IMG/VR virus record: IMGVR_UViG_3300037484_000760
Span: 1 to 50,959 of that record
Length of the DNA: 50,959 nucleotides
Strand: one strand, 5' to 3'
Origin: a virus
Lineage: Duplodnaviria > Caudoviricetes
This document shows, in pieces, positions 9,789 through 19,961 of the stretch (the first letter of the stretch is position 1; the number at the start of each line of letters is the position of its first letter). Position numbers and translations under genes: made by a program. The notes under the pieces were generated by a model. The model saw only the letters and a program-made list of their open reading frames with translations, was not told where the DNA came from and ran no database searches.

Positions 9789-11723
9789 ATGGACTACGTT
9801 GCTGGAGCACAAGGGGAAGCTGGTGGAAAGGTTCTTGATTGGCGTGATAAGACGTATGACTACACTTATCCCTACGGGCTTGATCTGAAGCCTGGTTCAG
9901 CCTTGAGTAAGAAGATATGCAAAGCTGTCTATGAGCGCGCTGAGCTCTCTTACCGCAGGATGAGTAGTCGTCATAAGTCGTGGCGTCAGATAGATCGCGT
10001 CCTTACTGCATACATCCCTTTGGATGAGGAAGAGAAGAAGGTTAAGAGTAAGGACTATCGCAAGCCGGTGACGATAGTTGTTCCGTACACCTATGCGACC
10101 CTTGAGACGCTTCTGACTTATCTGGTGGACACGTTCTTGTCGGGGGAAATCTTCCGTTACGAAGGGACTGGGCCAGAGGATCAGATTGGTGGGGTCCTCT
10201 TGGGCAAGCTCATCAGTCAGCAGTGTGAGAAGGCCAAAGTCGCCCTTAGTCTCCACACTATGTTCAGGGATGCGTTGGCTTACAGCGTTGGCTCGGTTGC
10301 CTGTAGCTGGGAGCGGAAACTCGGCAAGCGTACCATCAGGCAGGACACTGGCTTCTATGGCCTCTTGGGTAAGTTTATGCCTACTGGGAGAAGGCGTCAA
10401 GAGGTTGAGACCGTCCTCTATGAAGGCAATACTCTTAAGAATATAGATCCGTACTGTTATCTGCCGGACCCATCAGTATCCGTCCACCAACTCCAGGACG
10501 GAGAGTTCTCAGGCTGGCTTGAGCGGACGAACTTGATGAACCTTCTCAGTACGGAAATGACCAGCGATGATATCTTCAACGTGCGTTACCTCAAGCATTG
10601 TGGTGGGAAAACTTCCCTGATCCAGGGCGACCAGAGCCTCCGCGGTGAGCGCTTCAATATGGAAAAAGATGACTTCACTTCCAGCGTCAAGTGCCCTATT
10701 GACGTCATCTACATGTACGCCAAGATCATTCCCAAAGAAATGGGTCTCGGCAACTCGGAGTATCCTGAGAAGTGGTACTTCGCTGTAGCCGGAGATCAGG
10801 TCGTCATCGAGTGCCGCCCAATAGGACTTAATCATGGCCTCTATCCAATGGCATCAGCCGCGCCAGACTTTGATGGATACTCTGCTACTCCAACCAGTCG
10901 GCTTGAGATACTGTATGGTCTACAGACAACCCTCGACTGGCTCTTCTCCAGTCATACTGCTAACGTACGGAAAGCCATTAATGACATGCTGATTGTTGAT
11001 CCGTATCTGATTAATATGGACGACTTGAAGGACCCTGAGCCGGGGAAGATGATAAGGCTGCGTAGGGCTGGTTGGGGTAAGGGTGTGGAAAATGCTGTTA
11101 AGCAGCTCGCAGTTCAGGACGTAACCAAGCAGCACATTGGTGACTCTTCGTATATCATCGAGCTGATGCAGCGGGTCAGTGCGGCGAACGACTCTATGAT
11201 GGGTATGACGAGGCAGAGCAGTGAGCGGATTACAGCTACGGAGATACAAGGAGACCGCTCCAGCGCTGTTAACCGTCTGAAGAGAATGGCCAAGGTCATC
11301 AACATGCAAGCGATGTATGATATCTCTTACATGTTCGCTGCCCATACGCAACAGCTGCTCTCCAATGATACCTACGTCAAAGTGGTTGGAGACTGGCCAG
11401 ACACTTTAAAAGATATCTATCAGCCCGGCCAGAGCGTTTCCGTCTCCCCTTTCGACCTCATGGTAGAGTATGACGTCAAACTGCGGGACATTGACCAGGA
11501 AGTGGGTGGCAGGGAATGGATTGACCTTTACCAAATCTTGGCCCAAAATCCCCTGGTCGGCCAGCAGTTCGACATGGTCAGAATATTCAAGCACGTAGCC
11601 ACTCTCATGGGGGCTAAGGACGTCAACTCCTTTGTCATGCAGGGAGGTAATGTCAACCCTCAGATGATGGATGACGAAACTGTGATGAAGCAGGCAGATG
11701 CGGGAAACATAAGACCGCTGTAA
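9789..11723 (+). CDS. Portal protein
   Basis: 644 aa after terL; 'ITATEI' motif typical of podovirus portals. Confidence 0.85.
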   Translation: MDYVAGAQGEAGGKVLDWRDKTYDYTYPYGLDLKPGSALSKKICKAVYERAELSYRRMSSRHKSWRQIDRVLTAYIPLDEEEKKVKSKDYRKPVTIVVPYTYATLETLLTYLVDTFLSGEIFRYEGTGPEDQIGGVLLGKLISQQCEKAKVALSLHTMFRDALAYSVGSVACSWERKLGKRTIRQDTGFYGLLGKFMPTGRRRQEVETVLYEGNTLKNIDPYCYLPDPSVSVHQLQDGEFSGWLERTNLMNLLSTEMTSDDIFNVRYLKHCGGKTSLIQGDQSLRGERFNMEKDDFTSSVKCPIDVIYMYAKIIPKEMGLGNSEYPEKWYFAVAGDQVVIECRPIGLNHGLYPMASAAPDFDGYSATPTSRLEILYGLQTTLDWLFSSHTANVRKAINDMLIVDPYLINMDDLKDPEPGKMIRLRRAGWGKGVENAVKQLAVQDVTKQHIGDSSYIIELMQRVSAANDSMMGMTRQSSERITATEIQGDRSSAVNRLKRMAKVINMQAMYDISYMFAAHTQQLLSNDTYVKVVGDWPDTLKDIYQPGQSVSVSPFDLMVEYDVKLRDIDQEVGGREWIDLYQILAQNPLVGQQFDMVRIFKHVATLMGAKDVNSFVMQGGNVNPQMMDDETVMKQADAGNIRPL

Positions 11724-11725
11724 TC

Positions 11726-11752
11726 CACTTAGGTTAATATTCACCCGGAGTG
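11726..11752 (+). promoter_or_regulatory. 27-bp dispersed palindromic site #2
   Basis: CACTTAGGTTAATATTCACCCGGAGTG; its GGAG doubles as the RBS of the next gene. Confidence 0.85.
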
Positions 11753-11756
11753 AATC

Positions 11757-12050
11757 ATGGACAAGTTTAACGACTGGCTACTCCCTTCTGAGAAGACTAC
11801 GATCAAGAGCAAGGAGATGTGGACAGCTTTCTTCCAGCACCCTTGTTGGAAGGAATTTACTGACACCTGCAAGGTGCGCCTCTCTATGACTCGGGATGAA
11901 CTCGAAGTAGGAGTGAAGGAACAGTTTGAAGAGAACAGGGGCGAGGCCCGTAGTCTTCGCTTCGTACTGGCTTTTGAAGAACTGGTTTTAAGCGAACCAG
12001 AACCTAGACAAAAGGAGAATGAAGATGATCTGGAACCGAATGAGGAATAG
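11757..12050 (+). CDS. Small head-module protein between portal and scaffold
   Basis: 'FFQHPCWKEF...ENRGEARSLR' pattern and position. Confidence 0.65.
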   Translation: MDKFNDWLLPSEKTTIKSKEMWTAFFQHPCWKEFTDTCKVRLSMTRDELEVGVKEQFEENRGEARSLRFVLAFEELVLSEPEPRQKENEDDLEPNEE

Positions 12051-12894
12051 GATGATTTGCTTCGACAACCCCGAGCCCGGCGCTGCTGGCCCCCCTGCGG
12101 AAGGAGGAACACCAAGTGAACCTACTTCGACTACTGAAACGCCTGACTTTATCGGGGAGTTTCTTGAAGGCCCTTCCGGGGCAGGAGAAGCTGAGCCACC
12201 AACTCCGGCACCAGCGGAACCTCCAGCATCAGGTGAAGAGCCTCCAGCTGGAGAGCCGCCTGCATCAGAGGGAAGTGCGGAAGATGCGCTGAGGCAGGAG
12301 ATTGCCCGCATGGCTGGGATTATGGCTTCTCATGGTATTACCATGAGTGAGACAGCTCCGGCGACTGGTGAGGAGCCTCCCGCAGCTGATCCTACGGCAA
12401 CTCCGACTCCTGCTCCAGCTGTAGCCGTTTGGGGCGAGGTTGTAACTATCTCCGACGAAGACTTTCAGAACTCCCTCGAGAGCAAGCCTGCTTTCGAGAA
12501 AATCCTGACAAGTGTTCGAGACCAGGCTGTCGAGCGAGTTGTCCAAAGCATCCCTCAGCTCGTCCAGAACATGGTCAAGCAGCAGATTTACATGAACGAA
12601 TTGTCCCGCGAGTTCTACCGAGCCAATGAGGACTTGGCTGGTATCAGGCCGTTTGTAGGGGTCATAGCGAATGAGATCGCCAGTAAGAACCCCGGCTTTA
12701 CGCCTGAGCAGGTACTCGAGAATACTGCGACAGCAGTCAGAGAAAGACTGAAACTGAAGGCGAAGGCTGAGGCAGCTGCACCAGCTGGTCCCGGCCCAGG
12801 CCCAGGCCTTCCCAACTCAACTACACGACCGAGAGCAGCGGCTCCGACTCTGTCAGGACTGGAGAAAGAGCTGGCTGAACTCATGGAGATTTAA
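12019..12894 (+). CDS. Capsid scaffolding protein
   Basis: Acidic Pro/Ala/Glu-rich low-complexity N-half, helical C-half, upstream of the capsid gene. Confidence 0.7.
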   Translation: MKMIWNRMRNRMICFDNPEPGAAGPPAEGGTPSEPTSTTETPDFIGEFLEGPSGAGEAEPPTPAPAEPPASGEEPPAGEPPASEGSAEDALRQEIARMAGIMASHGITMSETAPATGEEPPAADPTATPTPAPAVAVWGEVVTISDEDFQNSLESKPAFEKILTSVRDQAVERVVQSIPQLVQNMVKQQIYMNELSREFYRANEDLAGIRPFVGVIANEIASKNPGFTPEQVLENTATAVRERLKLKAKAEAAAPAGPGPGPGLPNSTTRPRAAAPTLSGLEKELAELMEI

Positions 12895-12896
12895 CT

Positions 12897-13577
12897 ATGT
12901 TAATCAAACAAGGTCTCTGGATTAAGGACCTCTATGTTGGAACGAACAAGGTCCTTCTTTCTACTCTGAATGGGTCTCTTATCGCTGGCAAGGGGTCATC
13001 GTCATCTCCGCTCTCCTTCGCCACAGCGGATAAGAACTTCATCGGCCTTTGGCTGAAGTCAACTGCCACTACGGGCACGACCAGAGGGCTTTACCAACGG
13101 CTTTATCTGTCATCTGGTGCGGGTGGGGAGTGTGCTCGCCTCTTTACCACGGTGGAGAATGATACACCAGCTGATACCGTCAACGGGGCGCACGTCTCCC
13201 TCAGCTTCGGCTCAGCTGCCGGCAACGTAACTGGGGAAGGCCAGGCTGTGAGGGGCACTCTTCACATTCCCAATCGTTCCCTCGGGGGCACCTGTGCTGC
13301 AATCAAAGCTGAGCTCTGGGCAGATGGTTCTTCCTCAGCTGTTGGTGGAACCCTCGCGTTTATCCGGGCTACTGCTGGGGGCAACCAGACTGGGATCGAC
13401 AAGATCGACGACAGCGGGTTCCTTCTCGCACTGGATGGCGTAACTGCTGGGGCTGCCCATCTCTTCCGGACGGGGCTGACGGCAGCTACAATCAATGCCG
13501 CTACCACATGTGCCCTTCGCGTCAAGATCGGAGCCACTACCTACTTCATTCCGGTCTCAACTGCTGCCGAGGGGTAA
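12897..13577 (+). CDS. Virion structural protein (head fibre/decoration-like)
   Basis: G/A/T-rich; C-terminal 'LRVKIGATTYFIP'. Confidence 0.55.
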   Translation: MLIKQGLWIKDLYVGTNKVLLSTLNGSLIAGKGSSSSPLSFATADKNFIGLWLKSTATTGTTRGLYQRLYLSSGAGGECARLFTTVENDTPADTVNGAHVSLSFGSAAGNVTGEGQAVRGTLHIPNRSLGGTCAAIKAELWADGSSSAVGGTLAFIRATAGGNQTGIDKIDDSGFLLALDGVTAGAAHLFRTGLTAATINAATTCALRVKIGATTYFIPVSTAAEG

Positions 13578-13580
13578 GCT

Positions 13581-13742
13581 ATGATAACCCCTGAACAGAT
13601 CAAAGAAATGCTCCAGTCCCTCGAGACGCAGGAGGCTGAACTCCTGGCGAAGCTCAACCAAGTGGCTGGAGCCAAAGATACCCTTAACCATCTTCTCTCC
13701 CTTGCCCAGGGAGACTCTCTGAAGGAGAACTCAAATGTCTGA
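13581..13742 (+). CDS. 53-aa coiled-coil protein (not in the ORF track)
   Basis: MITPEQIKEMLQSLETQEAELLAKLNQVAGAKDTLNHLL...; fills the intergenic gap. Confidence 0.6.
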   Translation: MITPEQIKEMLQSLETQEAELLAKLNQVAGAKDTLNHLLSLAQGDSLKENSNV

Positions 13743-15063
13743 TATGGTTGCCTTTCCTGGTGTGCGTGGCTCTGGTTCGTGGTCGACAGACGAACGGCCG
13801 AAGAGCTATCGTGAAATGATTCTTTACCTCTACCCCAACGGGGATATGCCCCTGACTGCACTCATGTCCATGCTTGCGTCGGAAAGCGTAGATGATCCTG
13901 AGTATCACTGGTGGACCAAGACAATCCCGTCGCAGCGCACCGCCATTACCGAGGGGGCTGTCTACACAGACACCGGCCTCTCTGCCGCTGCTCAGTGGGA
14001 CTATGACACTGCTGGCAACAACGACTTCGGCGCCGGCGAAACTGTCTATGTCGCCCTTGGGACCTTGGTCGAAGCGAAGAAGTATCGCGCTGGTCATATC
14101 GTCCTTCTGCGTGACGCCTCAGATCCGTCCCGGGACACTCGTTGCCGCGTGACAGCAGTTGACACTTCCACCTTCTACCTCACCTGCTACGTGCTCAAGG
14201 AGTACAAGGGTAAGTCGACCGAGACCGTTGCCCTCAACAACACCTACGACACCGTCCTGATCATCGGTAACTCCAACGCTGAGAACGCGGTTCGCCCAGC
14301 TTCCATCTCCTACGATCCGGTGAAGTACTACAACTTCACCCAGATCTTCCGCACCCCTCTGGAGATTTCCCGTACTGCGAAGAAGACCCGTCTGCGGACC
14401 GGTGACGCTTACAAGCGGCTAAAGAGAGAGGCCCTCGAGATCCACGGCATGGAAAGAGAGAAGGCCTACTTCTGGGGCGTCCCTACTGAGATCACCGATG
14501 CTACGACTGGCCTGCCTCACCGTACCACTGATGGCCTGATCAACTTCATCACCACCAACGCGCCGGGTAACGTTCTCGACTTCACCACTGACCACTCCGG
14601 TGAGACTTGGATCGGCGCGGGCGAGAAGTGGCTTGATACCTCTCTCGAAGTTATCTTCCGCTATGGTTCCCGCGACAAGCTGGCCATGGTCGGCTCCGGG
14701 GCGCTGCTCGGGATCAACGAGTTGGCGAAGGCCTCTGGCTGGCAGTCCCTGACCCCCAACACCGCTCAGTACGGCCTCAAGGTTGTCTCCTGGGTAACTC
14801 CCTTCGGCGTTCTGCATCTCAAGACTGCGCCTCTGTTCAGCTTTGAAGTAACTGACCGTCACCGTATGGTTATTCTCGACACCAAGAACCTCCGTTCCCG
14901 CTACGTTGACCAGACCATGTTCAAGGGAGATTCGTCCATTACTGAATCCATCGGCACCGGTCGCGATGGTCAGGCGGAAGAGTTTCTTACCGAGGATGGG
15001 CTGGAGATTCACCACCCTGAAACCTTCGGCATCTTCAACAATGTCGGAGTTGACGCAACCTAA
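13735..15063 (+). CDS. Major capsid protein (SU10/DUF5309-like HK97 fold)
   Basis: AAGGAG RBS; strong codon bias; 'NFTQIFRTPLEISRT', 'TDGLINFI' and 'TPFG' motifs; followed by a hairpin. Confidence 0.85.
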   Translation: MSDMVAFPGVRGSGSWSTDERPKSYREMILYLYPNGDMPLTALMSMLASESVDDPEYHWWTKTIPSQRTAITEGAVYTDTGLSAAAQWDYDTAGNNDFGAGETVYVALGTLVEAKKYRAGHIVLLRDASDPSRDTRCRVTAVDTSTFYLTCYVLKEYKGKSTETVALNNTYDTVLIIGNSNAENAVRPASISYDPVKYYNFTQIFRTPLEISRTAKKTRLRTGDAYKRLKREALEIHGMEREKAYFWGVPTEITDATTGLPHRTTDGLINFITTNAPGNVLDFTTDHSGETWIGAGEKWLDTSLEVIFRYGSRDKLAMVGSGALLGINELAKASGWQSLTPNTAQYGLKVVSWVTPFGVLHLKTAPLFSFEVTDRHRMVILDTKNLRSRYVDQTMFKGDSSITESIGTGRDGQAEEFLTEDGLEIHHPETFGIFNNVGVDAT

Positions 15064-15082
15064 CAGCAACAATAGTTGATCT

Positions 15083-15109
15083 GAGTGGCCTCAGAAATGG
15101 GGCCACTTT
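15083..15109 (+). terminator. Hairpin after the capsid gene (GAAA tetraloop)
   Basis: GAGTGGCCTCA-GAAA-TGGGGCCACTT, weak U-tract; overlaps site #3. Confidence 0.6.
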
Positions 15110-15130
15110 GGTTAATTTTCAACCGGAGTG
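15104..15130 (+). promoter_or_regulatory. 27-bp dispersed palindromic site #3
   Basis: CACTTTGGTTAATTTTCAACCGGAGTG; its GGAG doubles as an RBS. Confidence 0.85.
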
Positions 15131-15134
15131 GATC

Positions 15135-15845
15135 ATGGCCCTTCTTGAGATAAGACAAAAGTTTGTTGAGTTCACTGGACGGTATGACCTGGTAGTTGAC
15201 ACTGACGCGTTTGCAGATAATGGGGCAGACTGGTTCATTAATGCCGGTCAACGCTATCTGGATCGGAGTCTTGACGTTGGGAAGACAAGGGCGAAGTACT
15301 TTGGGACCCTCCTTACCGAACGCCACGCTATGGCTATCCCCCAAGCCCGGGTCATTGAGAGGGTCTACGCAGTGGTTGAGGGAGAGCAGAAGGAGTTACA
15401 CAAAGCTGAGTCTGACTTCATCCTTTGGTTCTACAACAAGTATCGGGAAGAGGCTCTTACGCGCCCCTACTACTATTCCCCCACCGTCCTACGGATTGCT
15501 GAAGACTCTTCCCTCAACAGTATTCCCGGGGACATAGCTACGGTGCAATACCAAGATGAGGAATACTCAGGAATTCTCTTCGGCCAGAAGGCTGACCAAG
15601 ACTATGGGATTATAGTTCAAGGACTCTTCTATTCGCCTAAGCTCCTGACGGACACAAGCAGGAGTTTCTGGACTGAGGTGCATCCGGAGATACTTATCGC
15701 CGCATCCCTGCTGTCGATAGAACGCCTCTATCGGAACTTTGAAGGAGTGAAGGAAAGCCGGGCCTCGGTGCAGGAGTTGGTGATGCAACTGGATATGGAT
15801 GAAGTGGCACAACAGATAGTAGACGTCAACCAGATGGAGGGCTGA
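15135..15845 (+). CDS. Head-tail adaptor / tail tubular protein A-like
   Basis: Position after the capsid gene; 'WFINAGQRYL' and 'FWTEVHPEILI' adaptor-like motifs. Confidence 0.7.
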   Translation: MALLEIRQKFVEFTGRYDLVVDTDAFADNGADWFINAGQRYLDRSLDVGKTRAKYFGTLLTERHAMAIPQARVIERVYAVVEGEQKELHKAESDFILWFYNKYREEALTRPYYYSPTVLRIAEDSSLNSIPGDIATVQYQDEEYSGILFGQKADQDYGIIVQGLFYSPKLLTDTSRSFWTEVHPEILIAASLLSIERLYRNFEGVKESRASVQELVMQLDMDEVAQQIVDVNQMEG

Positions 15846-15846
15846 G

Positions 15847-16266
15847 ATGAACGAGGAAACGCTTGAGGCATTAGAAAAGAAGATTAACGAAGTTCGGTTG
15901 GAGGTCAAGAAGAGGAAGGTCATCAAGATGGCCCCTGATCAGTACTTCTCCCTCTACCTCTCCAATCCAGGCATTACCAACGGGATGTTTCTCCCAGCTG
16001 GGAAGATTATAAAGATTGTAACAGCTCTCTTCGACGCACCGAAGGGGACGCTTTATCTCAGCATTAACCAGCTGCATGAAAGCCGGACTATAGAGATTTC
16101 CCTGAACAAGGGCGTAAGGAATATTGACAAGGAGATAATCCTTCCTGAGGACTCAGCTGTGCTGGTTAAGTTCGACGCTGAGAACGCTAACGCCTATATG
16201 ATAGTCGGCTGTGTCTTCCAAGGGAAAGGTTTTCATATTGTGGAGAAGGGGGAAGAAGATGCGTGA
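15847..16266 (+). CDS. Hypothetical virion protein
   Basis: RBS present; tightly packed in the tail module. Confidence 0.6.
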   Translation: MNEETLEALEKKINEVRLEVKKRKVIKMAPDQYFSLYLSNPGITNGMFLPAGKIIKIVTALFDAPKGTLYLSINQLHESRTIEISLNKGVRNIDKEIILPEDSAVLVKFDAENANAYMIVGCVFQGKGFHIVEKGEEDA

Positions 16267-17578
16267 GTATCCTTTCGCTCTTAAGGGCCATATAACTAAA
16301 GGTATAGTGCCTACTCCTGGTAGTGATCAGGAGGGGCTCTATACCTGCACGAACGCTAGGCCATTCAGCAGGGGGATGGAATTCGTTGCGCCGTACGCAT
16401 CTTACCTTGACCTCGAAGTGGTCTTCCCTTTCTCGCAACTCCTAGTCACGGATAAGTATAAGTATGTGGCCTACTCAACTGGGATATATGAAGTAGTTAA
16501 CAACGCCCTGGTGAGTCGGGCCAGCTTAGCCCTATCCAGCCACGTTGATCTGGCGGACTTCAAAGATTCTGTGGCGCTGACTGGAGGCAACAAAACGCTG
16601 ATTCGTAATGCCGCTGGAGCGCTGGTTGAAGTAGATAATGTCCCCAAGGCGAATGCTTGCTGCAGCTTTGAAGGGCTGCTAGTCCTGGGCAACATTGCTA
16701 GTTGGACTCAATCAGCAGATGTTGGCGCCGACTCCATCGCATGGGCAAGTCGACCAAGAAGTGCTGACTTTGTCCTTTCAGTGGCCAACGTAGCAACAGG
16801 TGCTGGGTTCTCTCGTCTCTTCTGTGGGACAGTTTTGAAAGTACTGAATGTGGATAAGAAGTTAGTCGTCTTTGGGACGAAGGGTATTGCAGTACTGGAC
16901 CTGCAGTCTGCACCCCTTCCAGCTTTTGGCGTCTCAAAGACTTATAAGGCTTCTATCACTTATAAGGAGAGTATTGTTCAATCTGACTCACAGGTTCTAT
17001 TTGTCGACTCTCTTGGCTTTCTCTGTTCTTTCTCTGTCGAGAAAGGACCGGTAGTATTAGGCTTCGAACGGTTCTTTTCTGGTCCTGTAGTTGGCTCTTA
17101 CAACGAGCAGGATCAAGAAGTGTATATGAGTACTGAGACTGATGCGCTGGTTATTACATCTAGTGGAGTTGGCCGCCTAGCTCAGGCTATCACCTCTTGT
17201 GGTTGGGACGGCTCAGCGTTGTGCGTAGTTGCCTCTACCCCGTCTTCCGAAAACCTCGAACTGATCATAGATAACTGCAACATGGCTATTGGCGCGAACA
17301 AGACGCTCTACGCCCAAGAGGTGACTGGCGAAACTGATGGACGGTTCGAAGTAGGCGCCTTCTTCAAGCGGGATGCATCCTCTTCCTACCTCAACGCTGG
17401 CTACTCTTCCTGTGGCCCCGGCGGAGTTGGGACGAAGATTGTTGAAGGCTCTTCCTTCCGTCCCAAGATACGCGTCATTGAGCCGGAGCATGCCAAAGTG
17501 TTCGACTACAATCTGCGCTGGAAACTAACTGACAAAAGGAGTGTAAGAGGCTACTATGATAACAAGACTTCTGCCTGA
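16259..17578 (+). CDS. Tail nozzle / tubular protein B-like (beta-propeller)
   Basis: Beta-rich 439 aa in the podovirus nozzle position. Confidence 0.65.
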   Translation: MREYPFALKGHITKGIVPTPGSDQEGLYTCTNARPFSRGMEFVAPYASYLDLEVVFPFSQLLVTDKYKYVAYSTGIYEVVNNALVSRASLALSSHVDLADFKDSVALTGGNKTLIRNAAGALVEVDNVPKANACCSFEGLLVLGNIASWTQSADVGADSIAWASRPRSADFVLSVANVATGAGFSRLFCGTVLKVLNVDKKLVVFGTKGIAVLDLQSAPLPAFGVSKTYKASITYKESIVQSDSQVLFVDSLGFLCSFSVEKGPVVLGFERFFSGPVVGSYNEQDQEVYMSTETDALVITSSGVGRLAQAITSCGWDGSALCVVASTPSSENLELIIDNCNMAIGANKTLYAQEVTGETDGRFEVGAFFKRDASSSYLNAGYSSCGPGGVGTKIVEGSSFRPKIRVIEPEHAKVFDYNLRWKLTDKRSVRGYYDNKTSA

Positions 17579-17996
17579 AAACGTAACTGAGAATTGGGAG
17601 ATAGTGAAGTTTGCTATCAAAGGATCGCTTCCACCCTTTGCAAAGGATTCGCCTGATAAGATGAATCGCATCTTGGAGTCGATTGTTCTTGGGCATCTCG
17701 AGGTGTGGGTCTTCTATGTACCAACTCCCCCTTCGATACACATCAAGAGTATTGTTACCACAAGTATTATTACGGACCAAGAGAGCCAGACCAAGAATCT
17801 TTTGATCTATTCCATTTACAACTTTGACCGCGGTTCTATTGAAGAGTGGGAAGAGGGGCTAAGCGGCCTTCGTGAGTATGCCCGGGCGAACGGCTGCGCT
17901 GGTATCACTGGCTTCACCGTTGACCCGCATTTGATCAAGTTTGTAGAACATGCTGGTGGGTCCTCAGATGTGCGGTTCGTAAAGATACCAGTCTAA
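17556..17996 (+). CDS. Tail assembly protein, possibly GNAT-like fold
   Basis: 'LREYARANGCAGI' motif; lies between nozzle and ejection genes. Confidence 0.5.
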   Translation: MITRLLPENVTENWEIVKFAIKGSLPPFAKDSPDKMNRILESIVLGHLEVWVFYVPTPPSIHIKSIVTTSIITDQESQTKNLLIYSIYNFDRGSIEEWEEGLSGLREYARANGCAGITGFTVDPHLIKFVEHAGGSSDVRFVKIPV

Positions 17997-18023
17997 CACT
18001 TAGGTTAATTATCACCCCAAGGG
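17997..18023 (+). promoter_or_regulatory. 27-bp dispersed palindromic site #4
   Basis: CACTTAGGTTAATTATCACCCCAAGGG. Confidence 0.85.
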
Positions 18024-18035
18024 GCGGAGGATACT

Positions 18036-18971
18036 ATGGGAAGTGGCGGCGGTGGGAGCTCAGGCAAAATTGACTATCCAGAGTACTTAAAGACTATTCA
18101 TAGCGCTTTTCTAGATAGTGATGGAACGGACACACTTGAGTTCAGCCTAGTAGATTTGTTGAATGATGCTTATGATACGAATCCTATGGAGGATGCGTCC
18201 CTTTCGATCTACAGTGGGAGGGCTGTTATAGATACAAGTGGCAATGAGAGTATGACAACTGTGGCTACTTCCATAGCTGCCGTGCTCTCTGCGCTTAATG
18301 CCTTTGATGTACAGGCTGCTTATAGCTCGCTCTTGACGCAAGTCGCCAGTGATGTGGATGCAGTTATTCTAGATGACTCAGTTATTTCAGCTGCTAGCGC
18401 ATCCTTCGCCACAGTCTTGGAGCCAGACACAGCTGCGGAGAAGGCTAAGTATGACGCTGACGCAGCTCTGTTGGGGATCAGCTTTACGAATACTTATACC
18501 CTCGGTAAGAGCTTTATCGACGCCAGGAAGACGGAACGGGTAGCGCTGTACGATGCTGATCTCCGTGCCAGGATGTATCTGCAAAGGAATGATATAATCA
18601 ATCTGACCACTCGTGAGCTGCTGGCGAAGCAGATGGTTAAGCTCCAGATGACGAAAGAATTCTACTCCTTCGCAGTGGAAGGGGTCAAGCTAAAAATCCT
18701 CAACGAGAGGGAATATGCAGAGCAGAATATGGGTTACCTCAACAAGAAGGGAGTGTGGCGCTTCGAGGCTATGCAGAATGGCTTTAATGCGATCGCAGCT
18801 ATTGGCGGCGGTACAGCTATTGCCAACTCCCCGAAGATGAGTGCAACTCAGGCCACAGTCAGTGGGGCTTTCTCTGGAGCCGCTATTGGTGCTCAGATGG
18901 GCGGCGGTGCTTACGGGACAGCCATAGGTGCGGTTGTAGGAGGAGTTGCCGGCTACCTTGGTTCGAGGTAA
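18036..18971 (+). CDS. Ejection/internal virion protein, paralog 1
   Basis: MGSGGGGSSG N-terminus and C-terminal glycine zipper (GTAIGAVVGGVAG). Confidence 0.7.
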   Translation: MGSGGGGSSGKIDYPEYLKTIHSAFLDSDGTDTLEFSLVDLLNDAYDTNPMEDASLSIYSGRAVIDTSGNESMTTVATSIAAVLSALNAFDVQAAYSSLLTQVASDVDAVILDDSVISAASASFATVLEPDTAAEKAKYDADAALLGISFTNTYTLGKSFIDARKTERVALYDADLRARMYLQRNDIINLTTRELLAKQMVKLQMTKEFYSFAVEGVKLKILNEREYAEQNMGYLNKKGVWRFEAMQNGFNAIAAIGGGTAIANSPKMSATQATVSGAFSGAAIGAQMGGGAYGTAIGAVVGGVAGYLGSR

Positions 18972-18974
18972 CTT

Positions 18975-19952
18975 ATGGGAGGAGCTAAAGGAGGCAGTAG
19001 TGGAAGGGTCGACTGGCCTGAATACCTTAAGGACATACACAGCACATTTCTTTCTAGTGAAGGAACAGACTCTCTCGTTTTTAGCTGTGTGGACCTTCTT
19101 AATGAGGCAACCTCTTCTAATCCATTCTCGGGTATGGTCGCTTATACTGGAGATGAGGTTGTTGGGGCTATTCAGACTTCAGCAGCTGCCGCCATTGGTT
19201 CTGTCCTCGCTCTCGAGATTGACCCCTACGCTAGGTTTCAGGCCAATCTAGCTCTGTGCGCCCAGGAGAACGTTCTTGATCTATCGCGTGAAACTACACA
19301 TCTTAACAACTTGATGACTGACAGGAGGCCAGCGCTAGGAGTCGCCCTTGGAGATAACTCCATTCAATCTATTATCAATGGTACTTCTTTCTCCAGCGCT
19401 GGAATTCTTTCTCGGCCAATTGTAGTGAATGACTGGATAGGGAAAGCTTTTGAGGATACAAAGGGAGTTAGTAAGAATACTCTTCAGCGGGGAATGAGTG
19501 TGGTCACTGACACTCTCTTCCTCACAGAGAACGATATGAAGTTGATGCACTTTTCAGCTGGGGTGTATGAACTATCTGTTGAGATGGTTAAGTTGAATAT
19601 ACTTAATAAGCGGGAAGGGACGACACAGCTGGCTGATCACCTTCTAACCGAGGGGAAGTGGGCTGTTACTCAATACCAGGTTATGGCAAATGGAATAGCT
19701 TCGCTGCATGGCGGTATTCCGATGACTTCTCATCCACAAATCCTTAGTGCTGCCCAAGCTGCGAATGACGCTTTTAATCCTTTCGGCGCTCGTGGGCTTA
19801 GGGGCCACGCTATTCAGAGCGCTAAGAGTGGGATGACCGCTGCTTCAGGCGCAATGACTGGAATGTTGATAGGGTCGTATTTCGGCCCTGTGGGAATGGC
19901 TGTAGGGGCAGTAATAGGCGGAATAGTTGGAACAGTCGCTAGCTTCTTCTAG
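18975..19952 (+). CDS. Ejection/internal virion protein, paralog 2
   Basis: N-terminal ~50 aa similar to the preceding gene; glycine zipper (GMAVGAVIGGIVG). Confidence 0.7.
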   Translation: MGGAKGGSSGRVDWPEYLKDIHSTFLSSEGTDSLVFSCVDLLNEATSSNPFSGMVAYTGDEVVGAIQTSAAAAIGSVLALEIDPYARFQANLALCAQENVLDLSRETTHLNNLMTDRRPALGVALGDNSIQSIINGTSFSSAGILSRPIVVNDWIGKAFEDTKGVSKNTLQRGMSVVTDTLFLTENDMKLMHFSAGVYELSVEMVKLNILNKREGTTQLADHLLTEGKWAVTQYQVMANGIASLHGGIPMTSHPQILSAAQAANDAFNPFGARGLRGHAIQSAKSGMTAASGAMTGMLIGSYFGPVGMAVGAVIGGIVGTVASFF

Positions 19953-19961
19953 GAGGAATAC

